Source: Gnetum montanum (taxonomy: Eukaryota; Plantae; Gnetophyta). From it: a DNA stretch of 64,000 nt. A program made the position numbers and the translations under genes. Position 1 is the stretch's first letter. The number at the start of each line of letters is the position of its first letter. The notes under the pieces are model-generated. The model was not told the origin of the DNA and made no database searches. It saw only the letters and a list, made by a program, of their open reading frames with translations. Location: assembly GCA_015680685.1 (NCBI GenBank), contig MNCI01003306.1:364869-428868 (forward strand). The letters run 5' to 3'. Shown here piece by piece: positions 40,547 to 53,275 of the stretch.

Positions 40547-41893
40547 TCAAAGCCGAACAATTTGATCAAACAGCCGGCACACATTTTCTTGACGGCATCC
40601 CGGATAAACACTGGCAACCAGAAAATTCCAAACAGAAGAAGAAGATTCCATGCTGCATTTTTCCTCCAAAACCCGCACCAATTTCAAAGCCAAATCTACA
40701 TTGCAATTTTTGCATAGCCCTGAGACCAACTCTGTGACAGTTTCAACCTTGGGAATAAGTCCTCTGAACAGCATCTCATCCACAATTGCAGCAGCCTCAT
40801 TGAAGCGGCCATGTGAGCAAAACCCACCAAGCAGAATCTCAAAAACAGCACCATAAAACAAACCAGATCTTCTGGGCATATCCTCAAACACATCATAAGC
40901 CTCATCCAGGCGTCCTGCATTACAGAGCCCACTAATCAGTTCACTGTAACACACACCATCCGGTTCACACAGACCCAACCCAAAAATCTCATACGCCCTT
41001 TTGAAATCCCCAATCCTGCAACAGGTCCTCACCAAGGATCTGCATGCATCAGTTTCCAGTTTTAACCCATGAACCCTAACTTCCCGAAGCAACTCAGAAA
41101 TCTCTGCAAACCTGGATGCTTTGCACAGACCATGAACAAGAATTGAGTAAATGACACTGTCAGGCACAATTCCATAATGCTGCATTTCTGCTTTAAGCTC
41201 CAAGGCCTGGTCCAGATTTCCAAGCCCACAGGTGCAGCTCATCAGGGATGCATAAATGAATTGATTAGGCATGATTCCTTTACTGATCATACGATTCTTG
41301 AGCCTGAGAGAATTCTCAAGATCCAAAACCCTGCACAGAGCCGCTATCATGGTTCCAAAAGTCACAACACTGGGTTTTTTGGATCTTTCAAACAATTTCC
41401 ATGCATCTTCTATTCTACCATTCATGCAGGCAGCCTTGATGAGCAGATTTCGAGTGCAGTTATCCATGTGTGCAGGCAGATTCCTGTCTCTGAGTTTCTG
41501 AACCAAATCAAAACGCCTGCAATTTATCAGGGCGCTGAGCAGGGTATTTACTAACCTGGTGTTGGGCGATTTGTGGCCGAATTGCTTGAGCTTCTTGAAT
41601 ATTTTCATGGCGGATTCAGGCTGCTTGGCTTGGCCGTAGAGCTTGATGACGAACCCAAACAGTTCTTGCTTTGCCACGAACTTTTCTGATTTCAGGCGAT
41701 TCAGAACTGCCTCGATGTCTGAGAATCGGCCTGCATTTCCCAGTTTTTCGATGATGGCATCGTAGGTGAAGTGGTTATGCTGAAATCGTCCGCGTGTGAA
41801 ATTGGGGGGGCTGTAAAATGTGGCCAGGGCCTTTCCTGGATCATCCTGCGATCTCAATTTCTTCCATAATCCATATGCATTCAGCTTTCTCAT
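40547..41893 (-). CDS. P-class pentatricopeptide repeat protein, At1g53330-like; single exon, 448 aa
   Basis: Intact ORF with tandem PPR motifs. YDAIIEKLG, KPSVVTFGTMI, FEDMPRR and FNEAAAIVDEMLFRG match my recollection of At1g53330. Confidence 0.93.
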   Translation of the reverse strand: MRKLNAYGLWKKLRSQDDPGKALATFYSPPNFTRGRFQHNHFTYDAIIEKLGNAGRFSDIEAVLNRLKSEKFVAKQELFGFVIKLYGQAKQPESAMKIFKKLKQFGHKSPNTRLVNTLLSALINCRRFDLVQKLRDRNLPAHMDNCTRNLLIKAACMNGRIEDAWKLFERSKKPSVVTFGTMIAALCRVLDLENSLRLKNRMISKGIMPNQFIYASLMSCTCGLGNLDQALELKAEMQHYGIVPDSVIYSILVHGLCKASRFAEISELLREVRVHGLKLETDACRSLVRTCCRIGDFKRAYEIFGLGLCEPDGVCYSELISGLCNAGRLDEAYDVFEDMPRRSGLFYGAVFEILLGGFCSHGRFNEAAAIVDEMLFRGLIPKVETVTELVSGLCKNCNVDLALKLVRVLEEKCSMESSSSVWNFLVASVYPGCRQENVCRLFDQIVRL

Positions 41894-42979
41894 GACTTCC
41901 TTCCAAGTTCCAAGCCAGATTTGATACCAATCAACTACACCGAGAAGCTTTTCTTTTACTTAGAGGAATTGTTGGCTGTGAATCAGGTCACAAAGCTAAC
42001 GAATTATGAACCGCTGTTCTCATGGTGCATGAGCAGGATTCGCAAAATACAGTAGATGGTTCAATGAAATCAAAATGAAATACCAAACAATTTCCACGCT
42101 GAAGCTGGTTGATTGGCCTTGCAACCGCAACCATTTGCGGTATCTTGATATTAAATTTCTACGTTGGAAAGTATTAAGCTCTCAAAATCTTTTTTTTTTT
42201 GTTTTTTTCCTTCTTTTTTATGTTTTTGTTTTTTCTGGCTTTCTGAAAATGAAGGAAATGTGCTCAAACAATTTCAAGCTCATGTAACTCTTAACATATT
42301 CTAAAACTTGGTGTCACTATGATCTCCATGCATCATGTTCTACTTGTTGAATATAGCTTTTTTATGGCCATGTTGTAGATAAATATGTCCCTTTAGGTCA
42401 CTTTGCCTAGTTCATTACAAGTTATATTCTTTAGATATAGTAAAGCTTTGAACTTCGTACCTCAAAGTAAAATAGTGATGCATGGAGACTTTTACTAAAG
42501 AAATGTGACAAAGGTGAGGTGGGAAAATTTAAATCCTATAACTTAAACTTATAATATGAATATATAAATTTTTTTACTAAAGATAGGGGTACACCCCACA
42601 ATATATAGTCCAATTACAATTTTATAAGTTAGCATTGACTACTAGAATTAAGCCTATGACTTGAAGCTTTTAAATCAAGAATCTAGGTTAACACCTCATT
42701 ATTTTAATTAGAACTTTATAACTCATCATTGCTTACTATAATTGAATCCATGAATTATTGCATTCAAAGCAAGAGTCTTACCACTAGGCTAATGCTTGTT
42801 AAACTTCTACTAAAGATAAAAAATGCTATCATCATTATGGTGTCTTTATCTCATCCATATGGGCTAATCCATCAACATAGGTGAAGTATTTGATGAAGAT
42901 TTACTATGGCCAGCTATATTTTTACCGTTATACTAAGTGGCATGTGCTTAAGCATACCCACTAGGATCAAACATTTTTC

Positions 42980-43018
<39 letters not shown>

Positions 43019-46000
43019 TTGCATCATGGTGGTGGTACATCCTAAGACATATAACTAATGTGATATATTAGAAGACTTATAGATATTAGAGGAATATAAC
43101 AACGTCTTATGTGTGACTCAAACTAGCAACCTCTTGCCTAACAAGATAATAAGTTAACCAATTGAGCTACCTATCACTAGCTCAACATAAAAGGAAAGGC
43201 CTAATAGTTTTCAGGATGCCTTCGTTTTCATCATTATAACTAATCCTAAAAAGCCTTGCTTGGGGGTAGGAAAAGGATTTGACCTTTATCCCTTTCAAAA
43301 AAGCCCTCTCGAGTTTTTAGTTTATAGTAAAGGCTTGATGTAGATAATAAAGGAAATAGCTAAAGATGGAAACTTTTAAAGCTGAAGCTAAAGCATGAGC
43401 ATTGAATGATATTATCTTAAATCAATAAATCAAGAAATTTAGCTAGACAATTTCATTGATAAATAGTGTTACATTGATGAACAAGGAATGAAAGAAACAT
43501 TAAGCATAAAGCAAAAATCTTTGAAGTTGAGAAGTATCACCACGTGAAACTTCCTTCAAACTTAGCTTAAAACCATGTAAATATGAGATGCACCAAGAGC
43601 AAGAATTTCAAGTAAGGAACAATTAAAAAAGTAATGCATGAGGACATCTAGGGTCACGAACACCTATACAAGGGTGATGGATACCAATAGAAAAACTTTG
43701 ATGAATCAAATGCCATTAAAAAATCCTTAATTTTTAAGTAAGTGAGAGTATTCTATATCTTTTGATGAGTGGCGAGGTACCCCTACACTCAACCATATGA
43801 ATACGAGCGCTTCACACACGATCCAGTCGAACTCCATAGACGGACTAGTTGTGGTATCTAGAAAGTTACTCGTAGATCGCAATTCGCCGTCTTCCCACTT
43901 GGACTAGTATTAGCTTTGTCACGTATGGTTTAGTCCAGAGTGAGGTGTATGATGTGTTCCTACACTAATGCTACTCCTAGGTATGATGGGAAATAATATC
44001 AACTAAGCTGGGAGAGAGGATGAGAGAGAATCTAAACTAGCCTAAGTGCCATGAGCATACGTTCCTTAATCATCCGTACACATCTTGGACCTTGTGCACG
44101 ACTACCACTAGGATTACCAAGCACATGGCCTAGGTACGCTACTAGGTTACCAAGTAGTCACACTTAAATGCTCGTGATTAAGTCGTACTCATTCCGCGTT
44201 ACTAGGAGATAAGGTAGAGAGATATTAACTAAGAAAGCAATAAATAACAATAACAATTAAATAATTAAGCTAAGTGGATGTTGCAATGATAAAGTACTCT
44301 CGATCTTTATTGCTGGTCATGTGCGTGTCCAAGTACGTCACACTCGAATAAGGATGCTGTACAATTACAATCATCACATTGCGGGCATGCACTGGGAGAA
44401 AGGGTTGAGTGGAAAAACTAACAAAAAGTCCCTACCTTAAAACTTAAAACTTAAAACTTAAAAACTTAAACTTCAAAACTAAAAAACTTCCTTACCAAAT
44501 TTGCTTGCCTCTTATTTATAGACGAGGAGACAAGCTGCGATATCGCGTATGCGATATCGTGCCTAGGCTGTGATATCACGTACGTGATATCACGTACATG
44601 ATATCATTGGTGCGATATCGTGGCCAACAATTCATGACTCATCATACCCCCATGACTAAATGAAAACTCGTCCTCGAGTTAAAGTGATAACAAGCTCCAT
44701 TGATTACACAGTGGATAGGTATGGGATTATTGACTGACTAGAATGGATTCATGCCGTAGTGTGGAATCTGAACAAAATTGAGACACAACATGAAGAACGT
44801 AAAAGAAAATCCTATAACTACAAAATTGGGTGGAACTCATGTAGTTCCTGGTGGCGGTGGCTTCTCCATGGGTGCCTTTCCCTTGTCTTGTGCTCTAGGT
44901 CTTGGGATTTGATGGCATTGAAGTATGGCCTGGAGTTTCTCCTCTTGTAAGGCCTTGAGTGCCTTGGCGTGTGCGTAAGTTTGTGCTTGTGTCATAGAGG
45001 CATCCCCGTCAGCCTTCTCTTTTTCTTCCACCACCCTTTTATTCTCTGTCAATAGTTTATTAAGTTGCTCAGTTCTGAAAGTGTCCAACTGGTTCTGAGC
45101 AACCTTTGGCCCGTATTCGAAAGGTTTAATACTTCTGAAATGGCTTGAACAAAGAAATCAACAGTCATACCAAAAATGTTAACCGTGGTGCCTTCTTCTT
45201 TATTGTGCCAAAATTGGTACGTTTCCCCTAAGTACCAGGCATCGCTTTCAGAGAGGGTAGGCCACAATGGGGACCCTTTGAGGTGATCCCTAATGGCCTC
45301 CAGAGAAAATTCTATGAAAGGTCCAAAGTTTAATTCCATGATCACTGTAGTTAATATGGACCTTTCATGGATGGCCTGAACACAATCCTGGGGCAACGTG
45401 AGATGTCATCCCTGTTCAGACACTGCAGCAGCTCCTCCTTCCACCTGCCTTGATTGTACAGTGGTAGGGTCTTCTTGATGGATACTAAATGATTATTCTT
45501 CCTGCTCTACATGCTGTTTAGCAAGAACTTGTCCTTCACCTCTCCTAGGTCGCTTGATCACACCTTGAGTAGGACCTTCTTGTTGTCTACATTTTGGGGC
45601 CATCTGCAATCACATGGGGCCAATCGTTAGTAAGGTTGTTACCAAAGTTAGCTTATACCTTACTGCTTGCCTTAATGAATTTGCTTTATCTTCGTGTGAC
45701 GTTAATTAAAATATCCTCGAAAGATTATAATATTTAATCCTCTTTGCTTAGGTGGTTTCCAAATCTAGTTTCCTGGTATAACTAAGGAGATGAAATTATT
45801 TTTGGTGCATTTATCCTTAATTTTATAACTAATTACCCTTAATAATGTCCTTCGAGCAATGAACAATTTCAAAAATATTATGCACTATTCGGTGTGTGCC
45901 CCTCCCCCACGACTAGGTTGAACACTCCGGGTTCAAGTTGGTTCAAACAGAATGAAAATCGAAGTACCAGTGAGCAAGTTATGGATATGAAAGCAAGAGA

Positions 46001-46594
46001 CGTGCAATCGCGAGTCGTAGAGAGAAATTTGAAAACCTTCCCTTGCATGAACAGTTGCAAATGATGTTGATTAGCGCGCAAGGGGGTCGCACATATATAT
46101 ATTTTTTTGAACGCAATATCACGGCTTATCGAAGTTAGGGCACTTTATAGAATGTACCGAATTTTTAATATTTTTTTTGAAATTAAACGATGTAAACTAA
46201 GGACATCTGGACAAGTGTTAAAGGGTTCCAGGGTAATTCAACTAGTTCTGAAGGCATGAAAATTATAATGGTGTGGAATTTATCAATAAGGACCTTGGAT
46301 GGTAAGGGGGAGAAAAAGGCTATGTGATGGTTCATAGGAACGTTTGAATCAGAGGGATAGTAATAAGGGAAAGAATATCATTTGAAAATATGCTGAGGGA
46401 AATAGATGATGTGTTATGAGTGCAAATTACAAAAATTACGCAAGTGGGTCCTCCCCAAAGCAAGTTCCAACCTATAATGCCCTTGCGTAACCACACCTTA
46501 AAATGTCTATAGGCACTAGAAGGGTTAAATGTAATCCACAGTGGTTCCACAAAACACACACATGTAAGTATCACTGGAATGAGGTAAGAATTCT

Positions 46595-47020
46595 NNNNNN
46601 NNNNNNNNNNNNNNNNNNNNNNNNNNNNNNNNNNNNNNNNNNNNNNNNNNNNNNNNNNNNNNNNNNNNNNNNNNNNNNNNNNNNNNNNNNNNNNNNNNNN
46701 NNNNNNNNNNNNNNNNNNNNNNNNNNNNNNNNNNNNNNNNNNNNNNNNNNNNNNNNNNNNNNNNNNNNNNNNNNNNNNNNNNNNNNNNNNNNNNNNNNNN
46801 NNNNNNNNNNNNNNNNNNNNNNNNNNNNNNNNNNNNNNNNNNNNNNNNNNNNNNNNNNNNNNNNNNNNNNNNNNNNNNNNNNNNNNNNNNNNNNNNNNNN
46901 NNNNNNNNNNNNNNNNNNNNNNNNNNNNNNNNNNNNNNNNNNNNNNNNNNNNNNNNNNNNNNNNNNNNNNNNNNNNNNNNNNNNNNNNNNNNNNNNNNNN
47001 NNNNNNNNNNNNNNNNNNNN
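46595..47020. other. Assembly gap (further gaps at 50193-50241 and 54630-54649)
   Basis: Runs of N. Confidence 1.
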
Positions 47021-47756
47021 NAACAGAACCTCTTATTTGTAGAATGGATGAGTGGGTGTAATGGGCTCACTGTCCATATAATTGATCGCTCGGGACTCAA
47101 TAACATAGAACAAACCTCAACCAACGAGCCCCATGAGTGTTTTATTTGTAGACGAGATTACTTATAAAAAGATAAAAAGACAAAAAGATAAAACAAGAAA
47201 TTGAAAAATGAAAAATTGAAAAACAAAAAATTGTAAAATTAAAGAAAATGAAAAATATTTATTAATCCTGATTGTTATTAGAATGGGGGATATCCCCCAT
47301 AACTAAACGGTTGAGCATGGCGAGGATTAATAAATGAAAGATGAGGGTCCTGGCATGTTGGAAATATCAAAACTTGGTCATACTTACCCCATTGGGGTTC
47401 ACACACCTGATTATAGTAAGCATAGTGGGAAAATTTATAAGATGTGGTTCCCTGGTAAAGAGTTGACCCACTATGATACTTGAGACCATAAGATGGTATG
47501 CAAGGATCGGGATGTTGTCCTCCATGGCTGTATTCATTGGGCCATATGGTTGTTGGAGTGTTAATTGGTGGCCCTGATGAGGTGACACGAGGCGTTGGGT
47601 TTGAGGAGAAGGATGCACCATAGTGTTGGACTTGTGCTAAGTTGGAGAATGCAATGGCCTTGGAACTATGTTGTCCCTTCCTATGGTCATGTCTAAAGAA
47701 GGGATGCCTTCGATGTTGAGGAGGTCTCTCACTGTTGTTGGCAATAGTAGCACAAG

Positions 47757-50700
47757 TGATGAGCGGCAAGGTATCCCTACACTTAACCATACGAATACGA
47801 GCGTTCACGCACGATTCAGTCGAACTCTGTGGACAGGCTAGTTGTGGCATCTAGATAGTTACACATTGATCGCAGTTCGCTGTCTTCCCACCTGGACTAG
47901 TATTTGCTTTTTCATGTATAGTTTAGTCCAGAGTGAGGCGTATGATGTGATCCTAAACTACTACTACTGCTAGAGACAATGGAGAATAATATTGATTAAA
48001 CTAATGAGTAATAGGAAATGAAGTCTAAGCTAACCTAAGTGCGATGAGCATCTTTTCCTTAATGATCCGTACACATCTTGGACCTCATGCACGACTACTA
48101 CTGGGATTACCAAGTGTAGATCCTAGGTACGTTGTTGGGTTACCAAGTAGCCACAATTAAATGCTCGTGATTAAGTCGTACTCATTCTGCATTTAACAAT
48201 AGGAATAGTAAATGACGATAAAGAAATATTAATTAAGAAAACAATAAATAACAATAACAATTAACAATAATAATTAAGTAATTAAAACTAAGTGAATGCT
48301 GCAATGATGAAGTAATCTCGATCTTTATTTTCGATCATGTGCACATCCAAGTACGTCACACTCGAATAAAGGTGCCATACAATTACAAGCATCACACTGT
48401 GGGCATGCACTGGGAAAATATTCTAACTCCTACGGAAACAAAATGCAAGGGCTTCACTACAACTACTCAAAAGATGCCTAAATGAGGTGGAAGGCCGTCT
48501 TATTTATCGGCCGGGATAGGCGGGTGTGTAAACGGGACCACGTCGATGCAGCCATGTATACGCGGCCAAGTCAACGCATTGACTGAATGACACTTTATCA
48601 TACCCCCACGACTGAGTAAAAACTCGTCTTCGAGTCAAAGAAAGTGAGGAACAAGCTCAATTGAATACATAGTGGATAGGTATGGGATTATGGATTGACT
48701 AGAAATTTATTCATGCCATAGTGGACAATTAAACAAAATTTGGACATAGACACAAAAGAAAAAACTTGTGGAACTCATGGGGTTCCTGGTAGTGGTGGCT
48801 CCTCCATGGGTGCCTTTCCTTTGTCCTATGCATTAGGCTTTTGAGATTGATACCATTGAAGACACCTAAAGTTTCTCCTCTTCATAGGCTCGGGCCCTGA
48901 CCTCTGCCTCCCCCAGGTCGTTCGATTATACCTTGCAAAGGTCCTCCTTGTTGTCTTCTTTTAGGGGCCATCTATAATCACACAAAGATCAATTGTTAGC
49001 AAGGCTATTGAAAAAATTTCAATGATGTCATACCTTACTCATTGCCTTTAATAAATGATGAATTCTTTACTTAGTGTGATTTTAGAGTTAGAAATTTATC
49101 AAGGAAGTTGCCCCAAAATTTGAATGTCGAACCTGGTTTTGAGGAACATTTGATAAAATAATAACAAAGGAAAGAATAGATTTGGCAATGAAATACTCAG
49201 AGGGTATAAGATGATGTGGTGGTGTGCAACAAGTACAAATTACAAAAGTCACGCAAGTGGATCTTCCCCAAAGCAAGTTCCAACCTATATGCCCTTGCGT
49301 AACCACCCCTTGAGATGTCTATAGGCATTAGAAGTGTTAAATGCAATCTATACCAATGCAACAAAACACACACATGTTGATACCACCATGATGAGGTATG
49401 AATTCAATGCTATACAAGACACGAGTCACAAATACATGAACAGCGAGATGGAATGAATCGGAGAAGGGATTGCAAAGATTGGGATGTGAGGTAACTGACT
49501 TAGGGCACAATGAATCCTACGTGTAAAGCATGATTAAGGTGTCATTAACCTGTCACTCCAAGATCAGGACCAAATCCATTCCTCTAATCAGTGACATCGC
49601 ATTGTTTCATCCCATGATGAGCAACTATGAGAGTACCATAACAACAAGGCGTACAATCACTTGGTGTTTTGTTCAAGGGAGGAGTGATTTTTGTTTTGTG
49701 GCACTTTTCTTGTTCTTTTCTTTTTCTCTTCCTTCTTCTTTTTTTCTTTTTTGAATACTGAATCCAGAGAAGTTGCCAACCATCAGGCATGGATGCATGT
49801 CTTTCCAATGGAACCCCCTAGAATAGCATTGGATTTTTGAGTGCCCTTTTGATTACTCTTACTTCCATTTTTCGTTAGATTTACAAGGATTTTAGTACAA
49901 GTAGGTTGCATGATGACTCCCATAGATGTCACCAAAGAGAATCTGCAAATTCCCTTGATGTCACACCCTAATCATTCCCTCTTGGTCCATCCTTCTTCAT
50001 TCTGGGTACAATGAACACAAAATTAATTTTAAGTTTCAAGAATGTCAAGAATATCACTGTACCCTTGAACAGAACCTCTTATTTGTAGAATGGATGAGTG
50101 GGTGTAATGGGCTCACTGTCCAAATAATTGATCACTCGAGACTCGATAACATAGAACACAGCTCAACCAATGAGCCACATGAGTGTTTTATTNNNNNNNN
50201 NNNNNNNNNNNNNNNNNNNNNNNNNNNNNNNNNNNNNNNNNAAAACATTTATTAATTCTGTGTTGTTAGAATGGAGGATACCCCCCATAACTAAATGGTT
50301 GAGCATGGCTAGAATTAATAAATGGAAGGTGGGGATCCTTGCATGTTGGAAATATTGGGACCGGGTCATAGTTACCCCATTGGGGTTCACACACTTGATT
50401 AGAGTTGACATAGTGGGGCAAGTTATAAGATGTGGTTAATTTATAAGGAGTTGACCCACAATGGTACTTGTGACCGTAAGATGGTATGCAAGGATCAACA
50501 TGTCTCCCCATGTGGCAATATTCATTGGGCCCCATGGTGGTTGGAGTATTGATTGGTGGCCCAGATAGAGTAACATGAGGCATTGGCTTCGAAGAGAAAG
50601 ATGCACCAAAGTGTTGGATTTGTGCTGAGTTGGCGGATGCAGTGGTTTCTGAACTGTGGTGTCCCTTTCGATGATCATGTCTAAAGAAGTGACACCTTCG

Positions 50701-53275
50701 ATGTTGTGAAGGACCTCCACTACTGTTGACAGTAGTAGCACAAGTAACGTTTGTGGGTTGGCATTGTAGTGCAACATCTTTTGGCATAGCTGGCGGTGAT
50801 GTAGAAGAGGGTGAAGTATGAGAATATTGAGGTTGAGGAGAAGTGTAAGGCACATGAGGTGGTGATCTTGTTGGAGAGGGCATGGGTGGATAGTACTCAG
50901 AAGAATGATAACGATGAGGTGAGGTAGAGGATGCTGATCCCGTTGGAGAAACAGGGTGTTGAACATAATAAGCATTTGGTGCTGCGACATACGAGGGTAT
51001 GGTCCAGTTGGTGGTGGCCTCCCCCACGACTGAGGTTTTTTCCACTGTGGTTGGACATAGTATTTTTGTACGAACTCTGGATGTAACATTCCTCCCCAAT
51101 GCTCATGTAAATGTGACAAGATTGGACATTGACCTTTGGAGTGATCGTACAAGCAAATATTACATTGATACGTATGATTGGTAGTTGAGTTCTTATCCTT
51201 ATTCTCTTCAACCCTTTGTTTCAATTGTCACATGGTATCCTATCCTGTTTCTTGATTTGGCATACTTTTTTTTCTAATAATGTTGGCATATTCTCCACAT
51301 CTTTCATGTACCCAGTCCTTCATCTTATTGATCTTTGCCTCAATTTCATCTAGTGATTGTAGGATTGGCAAAGATGATTCCACCTCCTCAACATGAGTTG
51401 ATTTCTCCTCTTCATGATCATGGATCCTTGTTGAGTTAAGATTTTGGTCCTGTTGAGGACTTTCAACATTCTCCTATTTGGCTATTTCTCCTTCTTCTTT
51501 CACTATCCACTTAATAAGCTCTTAGAGTTGATGGGTTCGTAGCTCATATAGTTGACCTTTGGCATACATCCCTAGGGTCTCCCTTGTTTCATTACGGAGC
51601 CCATCTATGATATGGTACATTAGCCTCTTCTTGGAGAACCCATGGCTTGGGCAATTGTTTAACGGTGCATAATATCTTTCTAAGGCCATGTCCAAGGGTT
51701 CATGTTGCACTTGTTTTCATTCTTGGATTTGTCTCCTCAAGGTTGACACTCTCGCATAGGTTTGATATCTTTCATTGAAAAGTTCTACCATTGTTGGCCA
51801 ACGTCAAATTGATTTCGGTTTTAATGACCTATACCATACTTTTGCTTGGCCAACAAGTGTCAAAGGAAAGAGCTTAAGTTTTTGCCACCCATTATCAATA
51901 TTGTTCCATGTACAAGCATCGTAGAAGGCTTGTAAATGTTGTTTCATATTTGAATCATAGCCTCCTAAAAACTTGGGAAAGTTATTTAAATCAAGCACAG
52001 GTAGACAACTTTCCTTACGATGCCTGCAGGCTATTCGAACAGCCTCCTATATTTCCGTTAAGCTTGTGTGGCTAGTAGGGGTTCATCGTCACTAGGTATG
52101 TTATGCTTTCGTGTGATGGGACGATGTTTTCTTTGTTTATGTTTATAAGAAACCCCCACCTTGGGTTGTGTACTCCAATCTTCATTGTCACAATATTCAT
52201 TGGTTCTCCAATGAATTGCCTCACTAGATGTGGCATTATTATAGTCTTGTAGGAGAGACATGGTTGTAAGGTTGTGTGTGAATTTATATGTGAATTTTAT
52301 AATTGCTTCTTCTTCCTAAGAGATATATCGTTAAATCCTATACAGCGACCTTGTATGATATAACTAATCTAAATAACTAGCACCATCCCCGGCAATGGCG
52401 CCAATGATGAGCGATGAGATACCCCTACACTCAACCATACGAATACGAGCGTTCACACATGATCTGATTGAAATCCGTGGACATGCTAGTTGTGGTATTT
52501 AGATAGTTACACGTTGATCGCAGTTCGCTATCTTCCCACCTGGACTAGTATTTGCTTTTTCATATATGGTTTAGTCCAGAGTGAGGCGTATGATGTGATC
52601 CTAAACTACTGCTACTCCTAGAGACAATGGAGAATAATATTAATTAAACTAATGAGTAATAGGAAATGAAGTCTAAGCTAACCTAAGTGTGATGAGCATC
52701 TGTTCCTTAATCATCTGTACACATCTTGGACCTCATGCACGATTACTATTGGGATTACCAAGCGTAGATCCTAGGTACACTGCTGGGTTACCAAGTAGTC
52801 ACACTTAAATGCTCGTGATTAAGTCGTACTCATTCCACATTTAACAACAGGAATAGTAAATGACGATAAATAAATATTAATTAAGAAAATAATAAATAAT
52901 AATAACAATTAACAATAATAATTAAGCAATTAAAACTAAGTGAATGCTGCAATGATGAAGTAATCTCGATCTTTATTTCTGATCATGTACGCGTCCAAGT
53001 ACGTCACACTCGAATAAAGATGCCGTACAATTACAAGCATCACACTACGGGCATGCACTGGGAAAATATTCTAACTCCTATGGAAACAAAATGCAAGGGC
53101 TTCGCTACAACTACTCAAAAGATGCCTAAACGAGGCGGAAGGCCCTCTTATTTATAGGCCGGGATAGGCGGCTGCGTAAATAGGGCCACGTCGACGTAGG
53201 AAGGCTACGTCAACAGGCCCGCATCAACACGGCCACATATACGAGTTGACGCATTGACTAAATGACACTTCAGCA
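47757..53275 (-). mobile_element. Complete non-autonomous Athila-like element B (5.5 kb) nested in A
   Basis: 5' LTR 53275-52405 and 3' LTR 48600-47757. PBS TGGCGCCATTGCCGGGGA (52403-52386), complementary to the tRNA-Asp 3' end. PPT at 48601-48635. TSD ACAAG/ATAAG. Disrupted gag at 52261-50266 (LKLFPLTLVGQAKVWY, CNICLYDHSKGQC). Confidence 0.92.

Noticed and set aside
23996-41893. Functional cluster of organelle-targeted genes (MENG plus two PPRs)
   Set aside because: PPR genes are very numerous and no shared pathway is evident, so adjacency is plausibly chance.
44436-44490. Telomere-like (CTTAAAA)n tract
   Set aside because: Not the TTTAGGG repeat; a short slippage tract inside an LTR.
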